Shown one piece after another: positions 24,859-35,093 of a stretch of DNA of 64,000 nt. The DNA lies in assembly GCF_963921235.1 (NCBI RefSeq), contig NC_086097.1:241306001-241370000 (forward strand). The letters are read 5' to 3'. Positions within the stretch are counted from its first letter, which is position 1. The number at the start of each line of letters is the position of its first letter. A program made the translations under genes and the position numbers. The notes beneath the pieces were generated by a model. The model did no database searches. It saw only the letters and a list, made by a program, of their open reading frames with translations, and was not told where the DNA came from. This stretch comes from Mobula hypostoma. Lineage: Eukaryota.

Positions 24859-25976
24859 ATATGTTGTTAAAAAAAAGATCACTCCCTACTCTGTACATAG
24901 CTTTCTTCTTTCGATTGTTCTTTCTTTCCTCTCCTTCCTATAAGTGTATACCTCAGATAAATATTATGTGGAGATTTGTGACAAATATGATTATATGATA
25001 TATATGTACCGTGTCTGAAATTCATCTTGTGGAAATGTTTGTTTGATGATGAAATTCAATAAAAAATAAATTACAAAAAAAAATTAAAAGAGTGACCCTT
25101 TTGTACACGTGTGCAAAGGAGGCTTGATAGGAATATCGTTACACAGGTTTCCACATAGTTTGAATCTAATTCAGTGTTTTTTGCGGCAGAACGTACCCCT
25201 GCATCTCGTGTTTGGGGCAGCCCACAGATTTGGAGAGTGCACAGGAAGGGCAGAAATTTGTAGATAACTATGACACGTGCAGATTCTCCAACCCTATCAA
25301 GACAATCTAAACTCAAGGATTCACTCTGCTAATAATGGCACACAGCTTATCAAGGATAGCATATAGTTCATGTCTGGTAGAAGGAAAATTCTGAAGCACT
25401 GCTCTGTCCTTAGCACAAATATCCATCTCACTGATAAGCAATCTAAAAGTCCATATTGATGACTGCAAAACAACAAGCCTGGGCAGAAGAAGGCATCCTT
25501 GCTGGGGTTTTAAAACGTGGTGGGGACAAGCTTCAGAAACATGTTGGCAGACGCGTCTCCCAAAACAGGGATACAAATCTGATTGTGCTGCTTACAGAGG
25601 GGTTTGCCTGCTGTCTTCCACAGGGAATGCCGTCACGTGTAATCAGACCATCCCACTGGCTGAGGTGTTACTCCTAAATTGCACTTTAATTTTGTCTTAT
25701 CCCAGAGGAACAATGAGCATATAATTCACCAACTGACAACTTCAGGAGAAAATCAGGGTGAGAGGGGTGGAGGGGGTGGGTTTGGGGGTATAATCAACCA
25801 CTCTGCATAGTTTTTAAATCCATCAGTTGAGAGATATTGTAGAATATCCTTCTAAAATTTGACTACCTTTAGAAATTCAAGATTCAGGATATGTCTCCAG
25901 AGTAGATCTGGAACAATCCTGAGGCAAATAGATCCAAGAGACTTGGAGGCCTTAACCAGGTATGAATACAGAATGG

Positions 25977-26750
25977 CCACCAACAATCAGCTTCCAGGTG
26001 AGGCAACACTACACCTACGAGCCTGTTGGGGCTATCTACTATATCTGGTCCTGTCCGTCAGGCTTCCTCTATCTCAGTGAGAACCAACACAGACTGGGTG
26101 ACCACTTCGTCGAACATCTTCGCGCTGGCCATTACAAAAGGTGGAATTTCCTGGTAGCTACCCATTTTAATTCTACTTACCATTGGGTAGTGGGTAGTGG
26201 CTCCATATGCCACTACTACAGGGCGTGATGACCCTGCCTTACACGAGTCCCGGGCTCAGCTGGCTCCGGCTGACAGTACCCGGTATGGGCCCCTATCCAG
26301 GGTTACGGATCCCACTGCCTTGTGGGTATCTTCGGGAGAAGAGAAGGCTAAGGAGTAAACCCTACACAAATCCAGAGTGGAGCCCCTAAGGTGGTTGGAT
26401 GACGTATCGCGTCACCTCCCGGCAGCTCCTGTGGCCAAGCTGATGCCAAATGTACTGCTTTGCATTCCTTTGGACCACATCCGGGAGGCCGAGAGGGGGA
26501 CCTTGATGTCTGGGCAGCCCAGGATCTCCATATTTATTGCCCAGGTCTGTGCCCCAGACGGGCGTATCCATTGTCTACTTAGACAGACGGAGCCATGATG
26601 ATGACCATTCCCATTCCAGCATGGCAGACCATGGCCTCCTCTACTGCCATGATGAGGCCACTCTTAGGTTGGAGGAACAACACCTCATAATTAATTTGAG
26701 TAGCCTCCAGCCAGATGGCATGAATATCAATTTCTCTAACTTCCAGTAAT
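25977..26750 (+). mobile_element. Penelope-like GIY-YIG endonuclease fragment, interrupted at 26185-26603
   Basis: SFQVRQHYTY...AIYYIWSC..GFLYLSE.QHRLGDHFVEHLR...VATHFNS, resuming HSHSSMADHGLLYCHDEATLRLEEQHLI...QPDGMNINFSNFQ*. Confidence 0.85.
26185..26603 (+). mobile_element. Non-autonomous RTE-derived element (family D) with ACCATT TSD
   Basis: GC/CpG-rich 419-bp insert; RTE-5'UTR-like GGCTAAGGAGTAAACCCTACACAAATCC; (GAT)n tail; ACCATT at 26179-26184 and 26604-26609. Confidence 0.8.
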
Positions 26751-27029
26751 TTTCCCCCTCCCTTTCTCTAGGAGGCTGTAAACATCTCCCAGAACTTCCT
26801 GAGATATAATTATATGGAGTTTTCATAGTAAGTCAGCCTCTGCCTGTTTTCCCTTGTGTTGTTGGTTATGTGTCTGTATACGGGATTCTTCTGTTGTTAT
26901 TGCTTTGCCAGTACTTCCCTCCGGAGTTGATCCGCCACCATTGTCTTCCTCTGCCATTGCCCCCCCTGCTTCTCCTAATCACAGATTTGAAAGAAAAAAT
27001 GTATTTCCTCGTAAATGAATTCCTCGTAC

Positions 27030-27575
27030 TCAAAGTTCAAAATAAATTTATTATCAAAGTACATGTATGTCACCGTGGAGAGCGACGAGCATGACGAGGC
27101 ACAGAAGACATCGTGGTCATCCATGGTAACCAAGGAAGACCCCAGATTGTGACGCTTGCTTGTAGCACTGGACCTGGACCTCTGCGGTTGGAAGATTGGA
27201 TCTGTCCCAGTGGAACCGCTTCTCCAATTTAAAATCTCTCCCAGACAGCTTTGATGTAATCGTCAGACTCAATGGGCAATGCTGAGATTTATTTTCTTGC
27301 AGGTATACTCAATAAATCCATAATAGAATAATAACCATAATAAAATCAATGAAAGACAGGTCCAACTTAGGCATTCGACCAGTGTGAAAAAGACAACAAA
27401 CTATGCAAATACAAAAGGAAAGAAATAATAATAAATAAACAATAAATATTGAGAATATGAGAGGAAGAGTCCTTGAAAGTGAGTCCATAGGTTATGGGAA
27501 CATTTCAATAATGGGGCAAGTGAAGTTGAGTGAACTTATCCTCTTTGGTTCAAGAGCCTGCTGGTTGAGGGGCCA
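27030..27575 (-). mobile_element. Rex1/Babar-type 3' UTR fragment with an insertion at about 27073-27280
   Basis: Antisense tail AAAGTTCAAAATAAATTTATTATCAAAGTACAT; resumes CTGAGATTTATTTTCTTGCAGG; matches 46280-46690. Confidence 0.7.
27073..27280 (+). mobile_element. Short CpG-rich insertion, probably RTE-derived (family E)
   Basis: Interrupts the Rex tail; composition differs sharply from the AT-rich host; family assignment is weak. Confidence 0.4.
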
Positions 27576-27584
27576 ACCGTATCA

Positions 27585-27780
27585 TTGAAGCCCACTGACT
27601 AATGAAAGGCCTAGACATTGAATATACTTAAAGTAGAGATTGATAGGTTCTTTATTAGTAAATGCATCAAAGGTTAAGGGAAGAAAGCAGGAGAATGGGG
27701 TTGAGAGGGAAAATAAATCAGTCTTGGTCGAATGGTGGAGCGGACCTAATGGGCTGAAAAGCCTATGATGTATGGTCTTA
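27585..27780 (+). mobile_element. CR1 3' tail fragment
   Basis: ATACTTAAAGTAGAGATTGATAGGTTCTT...GCAGGAGAATGGGGTTGAGAGGG. Confidence 0.7.
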
Positions 27781-28124
27781 CAGTCCCAAAGTCCAATCAA
27801 TGTAAGGCAGTCTTAGCACCTTGCAGTCTGATGTAGGAAATCCCCTGGAGAGCAATAAGCCAGCTCCAAGCTAAATTATTACGAACAACCTCTGTCCAAT
27901 TTGTAGACAGCAGCACAGCTGTGAGCATGAGAATTCGTTACAGTGCTTTCACTCAACTGAGAGAAACCCCAAGGTTATTGTGTTTCCACCCTGCTTTCAC
28001 TGGTGAGCCTGCAGAATCCAGGGGTGTGATATTAAATCTAAACATCAGTTCATGTATCATTCCAATTCCATGATTAGTGTAGGGTAACAGGTAACCTGCT
28101 GACTTCTAGGGGTCTTTTCCTGGT

Positions 28125-29030
28125 TGGTGGACCGTGACTTTTCACATTATATGTCAATGATTTGGACGACAGAATTGATGGCTTTGTGGCCAAGTTTACA
28201 GATGCTACGATGATAAGTGGAGGGGCACGTAGATTTGAGGAAGTAGGGTGTCTGTAGAAAGACTTAGACAGATTGAGAGAATGGGCAAAGAAGTGGCAGA
28301 GCAAGGACTAATATCTAAATGGGGAGAAAATTCAAAAATCAGAGGTGAAAAAGATCCCGGGAGTTTTCATGCAGGATTCCCTAAAGGTTAACTTGCAGTT
28401 TGAGGCAGTGATTAAAAAGTGCAATGTTAGCATTCATTTCCAGAGGACTAGAATATAAAAACAAGGCTGTAATGCTGAGGCTTTATGAGACATTGGTCAA
28501 ACCGCACTTTGTGAGCCATTTTGGGCACCTCATCCTAGAAAAGATGCGCTGGCATAGGAGACAATACAAAGGAGGTTCACAAGAATGATTCTGGGAATGA
28601 AAGGGTTAAGATATGAGGCGCATTTCATAGCCCTGCCTGTACTCACTGGAGTTTAAGGGAATGAGGGTGGATCTCATTGATATCTCTAGAATATTCAGGG
28701 GCCTAGAGTGGTTGTGGAGAGGATGGTGAAAGAATCTAACTGGAGGGCACAGCCTCAGAATAGAGGGACATCCCTTTAGAACAGAGATGAGGAGGAATTT
28801 CTTCTGCCGGAGGGCGGTGAATCTGCGGAATTCATTACCAGAAATGGCTACGGAAGCCATCATTGGGTATATTTAAAGTGGAGGTTGATACGTTCTTAAT
28901 TAATCAGGGTGTCAAAGATTATGTGGAGAAATCAGGAGAATAGGTTCGAGAGGGATAATGAATCAGCCATCATGGAACGAAAAGCAGACTCAATGAGCAG
29001 AATGGCCTGCTTCTATGTCTCATGGTTTCA
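28125..29030 (+). mobile_element. Decayed CR1 (RT C-terminus to 3' UTR)
   Basis: YVNDLDDRIDGFVAKFTDATMI remnant; RRNFF..RAVNLRNSLP. Confidence 0.8.
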
Positions 29031-29257
29031 TAGTTTTCTTGACATATTGATATTTCTGTTAGTTTTAACACCTCCAGCCATCTAATTCTCCAAGTTATAC
29101 TACTCATCATTGTGTAAGTCAAGCACAAACATTAAATACAAAACATTTATCAGTCACATTTGCTTTGTTGCCACAGAATTACGAATCTCAGCTTATGAGT
29201 TTGATAAGGGGCACTGGCCGAGTGGATAGCCAGCACCTTTTTCTCAGGGTGGAAATG

Positions 29258-30730
29258 ACTGGAAAGGAAAAGGGAAGAAGCGAGAATAAGAAGATTTGGG
29301 GGAGGGAGAGTGGAAGGAGTGCAAGTAGGAGGTGATAGGTGAAGACAGGTGAGTGAGGGAGGGGCAATGAAGTGAGAAGCTGAGAGGTAATAGGCGGAAA
29401 AGGTCAGAAACATAGAAAACCTACAGCACAATACAGGCCCTTCGGCCCACAAAGCTGTGCTGAACATGTCCCTACCTTAGAAATTACTAGGGTTACCCAT
29501 AGCCTTCTATTTTTCTAAGCTCCATGTACCTATCCAAAAGTCTCTTAAAAGGCCCTATTGTAGCCGCCTGCACCACCATTGCCAGCAGCCCATTCCACAC
29601 ACTCACCACTCTCTGCATAAAGCACTTACCCCTGACACCTCCTCTGTATCTACTCTCAAGCACCTTAAACCTGTGTCCTCTTGTGGCAGCCATTCCAGCC
29701 CTGGGAAAAAGCCTCTGACTATCCACACAAACAATGCCTCTCATCATCTTATACACCTCTATCAGGTCACCTCTCATCCTCCGTCGCTCCAAGGAGAAAA
29801 GGCCAAGTTCACTCAACCTGTTTTCATAAGGCATGCTCCCCAATCCAGGCAACATCCTTATAAATCTCTTCTGCACCCTTTTTATGGTTTCCACATCCTT
29901 CCTGTAGTGAGGCGACCAGAACTGAGCACAATACTCCAAGTGGGGTCTGACCAGGGTCCGTACAGCTGCAACATTACCTCTCAGCTCCTAAATTCAATTC
30001 CACCATTGATGAAGGCCAATACACCGTATGCCTTCTTAACCACAGAATCAACCTGCGCAGCTGCTTTGAGCGTCCTATAGACTTGGACCCCAAGATCCTT
30101 CTAATCCTCAACACTGCCAAGAGTCTTACCATTAATACTATATTCTGCCATCATATTTGACCTATCAAAATGAACAACTTCACACATATCTGGGTTGAAC
30201 TCCATCTGCCACTTCTCAGCCCAGTTTTGCATCTTATCGATGCCCCGCTGTAACCCCTGACAGCCCTGCACACTATGCACAACACCCCAACCTTTGTGTC
30301 ATCAGCAAACTTACTAACCCATCCCTCCACTTCCTCATCCAGGTCAATTATAAAAATCATGAAGAGAAGGGGCTCCAGAATGGATTCCTGAGGCACACCA
30401 CTGGTCACCGACCTCCATGCAGAATATGACCCATCTACAACCACTTTTTGCCTTCTGTGGGCAAGCCAGTTCTGGATCTACAAGGCAATGTCCCGTTGGA
30501 TCCCATGCCTCCTTACTTTCTGAATGAGCCTTGCATGGGGTACCTTATCAAAGGGCTGAAGAAGAAGGAATCTGACAGGAGAGGATGGTGGACCATAGGA
30601 GAAAGGAAATTTCAAAGAAGTACCAGAGGGAGATGATAGGTGGGTGCAGAGAAAAGAAAAGGTAAGAGAGGAGCCAGAATGGGGAATGAAAGAAGAGAGA
30701 AGGAGGGAAGTATTCAAGAAAAATATTACT
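29258..30730 (-). mobile_element. Penelope-like terminal-repeat fragment split by a CR1
   Basis: Purine-rich tracts at 29258-29405 and 30554-30730 are collinear with 51250-51510. Confidence 0.65.
29406..30553 (-). mobile_element. 5'-truncated CR1
   Basis: FDKVPHARL..., [16 protein letters not shown]...[39 protein letters not shown] tail. Confidence 0.92.
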
Positions 30731-30832
30731 GAACTCCATGTAGCCCTTTTCAAGACTGCTTCAACCGTTTTGATCTGCCCTATCCAAGTAGAAGTTAAAG
30801 TCCTCCTTGACAACTACTGTTTCATTCTCATA

Positions 30833-31390
30833 CAGTACTGTGCCAAAGTCTAGGTACATCTATATATATATGGGAGCCTAAGACTTCTGCACAGTACTGC
30901 AGTAATTTTATAGTCATAGTCATAGTAGTCATAGTCATACTTCATTGATCCCGGGGGAAATTAGTTATTTATTGCTCTGTACTGCCGTTGCTGCAAAAAA
31001 CAAATTCATGACACATATAAGAGACGATAAACCTAATTCTGATATGGGTCTCTTTTGTGGACTGAGAGTGGAAAAGGAGCAGGGAGAGAGAAGCAACAGA
31101 GAGACATTCTGTAATGATCAATAACTCAATTGTTTGGAATCAAATGATCTATCCTGGTGACTCAGAGCTGGGTGTGCCTGCACCTGCGAAATCCCCTGCC
31201 CCTGGCATTCCTTCTCACCCATGTGTCCCACAACTCGGCCACAGTACTCCACCCTTACCATTCTCAACATCCTTTGCTTCTGCCTGATTTACAAATTGGT
31301 TCTCCACCCCATGCTGTCAAATACAATATGGTGCAAAATTCTTAGACACCCAAACTATATATATGTGCCTAAGATTATTGCACAATACTG
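30833..31390. mobile_element. Composite non-autonomous Tc1/mariner-type element bounded by two inverted 67-bp mini-MITEs (30833-30899, 31324-31390)
   Basis: Each end is CAGTACTGTGC.AAAGTCTTAGGCAC-(TA)n-GTGCCTAAGACTT.TGCACAGTACTG-like; TA at 30831-30832 and 31391-31392. Confidence 0.7.
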
Positions 31391-32157
31391 TATACTTCCT
31401 ATATTTCTTGGTTTATTATCCATGTTAGTGTGAATCTATTATTTTGTGGCCTATAGACAAATCTCACTTATGATTTTTTTCCATTTGATTTTCTTAATCT
31501 CCACCAAGATGGATTCAATATTCTGCTCATTAGATCTTATATCGTCTCTTACTGTCATTCTGATCTCATCGTTATTTAAAAGCACATTCCAACCTCCCTA
31601 CCTCCTGTCTTTCCTTTCATATTACCACATACCCGTGGATACTTAAGTTCCAATCATCCCCATTCTGCAACTATATTTCTGTAATGACCCTTTATACTCA
31701 TTTGTGCCACAAGTTCACTGATCTTATACCAATTACTATGGGCATTCAGATAAAGTACCCTTACTCTCATTATCATTTTAGAATTCTGTGTTCCACTCCT
31801 ACATCTCTCTTTTGTAACTTTTGCTTTGGTCTCTGCATTGTTTCCCTACAGAACAGAAATAGGCCCTGTGGCCCATCCAGCCTGTGCTGAACCATTTTTC
31901 TGCCAAGTCTCTTCAACCTGCACCCAGACCATAGGCCTCTCATCCAAAGATCTCTTAAGTGTTGAAATCAACCCTGCATCCACCACTTGTGCTAATGGCT
32001 CATTCTACACTCTCACCGTCCTCTGAGTGAAGAAGTTCCCCTCAAGTTCCCCTTAAACATTTCACCTTTCACCCTTAACCCTAGTTCTAGTCTCACCAAC
32101 CTCAATGGAAAAAGCCTGCTTGCATTTACCCTAACTATACCCCTCATAATTTATACT

Positions 32158-32458
32158 TAAAGTTAAAGTCTGTCCCAAGCCTTGTGGCCCACCAGGCCGG
32201 TGCTTATGCTGGTTTCTGTGACGTGAAGTGACTGAGAGTACAAAACTGGGCCCCCCCCCCCCATCCCCCGGATAGGATGCCAGTCTATCGCGAGGTTAAC
32301 CCCCAGCATTTGCCAGTACCCATTTTCAGCTGGGTGGACTGGAGCAGTGTGTGGTTAAGCGCCTTGCTCAAGGTCACAACACGCTGCCTTGGCCGAGACG
32401 CGAACCCACAACCTTCAGATCGTGAGCCAACGCCCTAACCACTTGGCCACATGCCACC
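32158..32458 (-). mobile_element. tRNA-derived SINE, MetaSINE-like central domain
   Basis: Minus strand: A box TGGCCAAGTGG, degenerate B box GGTTCGCGTC, CGCGATAGACTGGCATCCTATCCGGGG domain, (ACTTTA)n tail. Confidence 0.7.
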
Positions 32459-32737
32459 ATAAATTATATACCCCTATCAAATCTCCCCTCCTTCTCCTGC
32501 ACTGTAAGGAATAAAGTCCTAACCCTATAGCTGAAGACCTCAAGTCCCGGCAATATCCTTGAAAATTTTCTCTGTTCTCTTTCCATCTTATTTCCATCTT
32601 TCCTGTAGGTTAGTGACTAAAACTAGAAACAATACTCCAATTAGTACTCACCGATATCTTATAAAATTTCAACATAACATCCCATTTCCTGTTCTCAATA
32701 CATTGATTTTTTAGATTAGTTTAGATTAGATTCAACT

Positions 32738-35093
32738 AACAGAGAGCAGGCTATTCTGGACTGGGTTTTGAGCAATGAGGAAAGGTTAATTAGCAATCTT
32801 GTCGTGAGAGGCCCCTTGGGTAAGAGTGACCATAATATGGTGGAATTCTTCATTAAGATGGAGAGTGACATAGTTAATTCAGAAACAAAGGTTCTGAACT
32901 TAAAGAGGGGTAACTTTGAAGGTATGAGACGTGAATTAGCTAAGATAAACTGGCAAATGACACTTAAAGGATTGACGGTGGATATGCAATGGCAAGCATT
33001 TAAAGGTTGCATGGATGAACTACAACAATTGTTCATCCCAGTTTGGCAAAAGAATAATTCAAGGAAGGTAGTGCACCCGTGGCTGACAAGGGAAATTAGG
33101 GATAGTATCAATTCCAAAGAAGAAGCATACAAATTAGCCAGAGAAAGTGGCTCACCTGAGGACTGGGAGAAATTCAGAGTTCAGCAGAGGAGGACAAAGG
33201 GCTTAATTAGGAAGGGGAAAAAAGATTATAAGAGAAAACTGGCAGGGAACATAAAAACTGACTGTAAAAGCTTTTATAGATATGTAAAAAGGAAAAGACT
33301 GGTAAAGACAAATGTAGGTCCCCTACATATAGAAACAGGTGAATTGATTATGGGGAGCAAGGACATGGCAGACCAATTGAATAATTACTTTGGTTCTGTC
33401 TTCACTAAGGAGGACATAAATAATCTTCCAGAAATAGTAGGGGACAGAGGGTCCAGTGAGATGGAGGAACTGAGCGAAATACTTGTTAGTAGGGAAGTGG
33501 TGTTAGGTAAATTGAAGGGACTGAAGGCAGATAAATCCGCAGGGCCAGATGGTCTGAATCCTAGAGTGCTTAAGGAAGTAGCCCAAGAAATAGTGGATGC
33601 ATTAGTGATAATTTTTCAAAACTCGTTAGATTCTGGACTAGTTCCTGAGGATTGGAGGGTGGCTAATGTAACCCCACTTTTTAAAAAAGGAGGGAGAGAG
33701 AAACCAGGGAATTATAGACCGGTTAGCCTAACGTCGGTGGTGGGGAAACTGCTGGAGTCAGTTATCAAAGATGTGATAACAGCACATTTGGAAAGCGGTG
33801 AAATCATCGGACAAAGTCAGCATGGATTTGTGAAAGGAAAATCATGTCTGACGAATCTCATAGAATTTTTTGAGGATGTAACCAGTAGAGTGAATAGGGG
33901 AGAACCAGTGGATGTGGTATATTTGGATTTTCAAAAGGCTTTTGACAAGGTCCCACACAGGAGATTAGTGTGCAATCTTAAAGCACACGGTATTGGGGGT
34001 AAGGTATTGATGTGGATGGAGAATTGGTTAGCAGACAGGAAGCAAAGAGTGGGAAAATTTTCAGAATGGCAGGCAGTGACTAGTGGGGTACCGCAAGGCT
34101 CAGTGCTGGGACCCCATTTGTTTACAATATATATTAATGACTTGGATGAGGGAATTAAATGCAGCATCTCCAAGTTTGCGGATGACACGAAGCTGGGCGG
34201 CAGTGTTAGCTGTGAGGAGGATGCTAAGAGGATGCAGGGTGACTTGGATAGGTTGGGTGAGTGGGCAAATTCATGGCAGATGCAATTTAATGTGGATAAA
34301 TGTGAAGTTATCCACTTTGGTGGCAAAAATAGGAAAACAGATTATTATCTGAATGGTGGCCGATTAGGAAAAGGGGAGGTGCAACGAGACCTGGGTGTCA
34401 TTATACACCAGTCATTGAAAGTGGGCGGTGAAAAAGGCGAATGGTATGCTGGCATTTATAGCAAGAGAATTCGAGTACAGGAGCAGGGAGGTACTACTGC
34501 AGTTGTACAAGGCCTTGGTGAGACCACACCTGGAGTATTGTGTGCAGTTTTGGTCCCCTAATCTGAGGAAAGACATCCTTGCCATAGAGGGAGTACAAAG
34601 AAGGTTCACCAGATTGATTCCTGGGATGGCAGGACTTTCATATGAAGAAAGACTGGATGAACTGGGCTTGTACTCGTTGGAATTTAGAAGATTGAGGGGG
34701 GATCTGATTGAAACGTATAAAATCCTAAAGGATTGGACAGGCTAGATGCAGGAAGATCATTCCCGATGTTGGGGAAGTCCAGAACAAGGGGTCACAGTTT
34801 GAGGATAAAGGGGAAGCCTTTTAGGACGGGGATTAGGAAAAACTTCTTCACACAGAGAGTGGTGAATCTGTGGAATTCTCTGCCACAGGAAACAGTTGAG
34901 GCCAGTTCATTGGCTATATTTAAGAGGGAGTTAGATATGGCCCTTGTGGCTATGGGGGTCAGGGGGTATGGAGGGAAGGCTGGGGCGGGGTTCTGAGTTG
35001 GATGATCAGCCATGATCATAATAAATGGCGGTGCAGGCTCGAAGGGCCGAATGGCCTACTCCTGCACCTATTTTCTATGTTTCTATGTTTCTA
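32738..35093 (+). mobile_element. Young 5'-truncated CR1 (about 2.36 kb)
   Basis: Starts in the endonuclease C-terminus (ILDWVL...GKSDH); full RT; (TTTCTATG)n tail at about 35070-35093. Confidence 0.95.
32768..34996 (+). pseudogene. CR1 ORF2 reverse transcriptase (597-codon open segment 32768-34561, then frameshifts)
   Basis: KSAGPDG, NYRPVSLTSVVGKLLE, SQHGFVKGKSCLTNL, YLDFQKAFDKVPH, GVPQGSVLGP, KFADDTKL; the C-terminus continues in ORFs 34428-34745 and 34733-34996. Confidence 0.92.

Larger units (their letters stand above)
19498..25085 (+). mobile_element. Full-length L1-clade LINE (about 5.6 kb), inactivated
   Basis: 5' UTR, ORF1, inter-ORF spacer, APE-RT-zinc-knuckle ORF2, 3' UTR, AATAAA plus A-tail (about 25058-25083), bounded by a TSD. 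Confidence 0.95.

Noticed and set aside
32385..32458. tRNA gene
   Set aside because: tRNA-like head of a SINE; B box degenerate and continues into SINE body and tail.
32768..34561. 597-aa ORF as a host or domesticated gene
   Set aside because: It is CR1 ORF2: 5'-truncated, no ATG at the called start, frameshifted before the C-terminus and followed by the CR1 tail.
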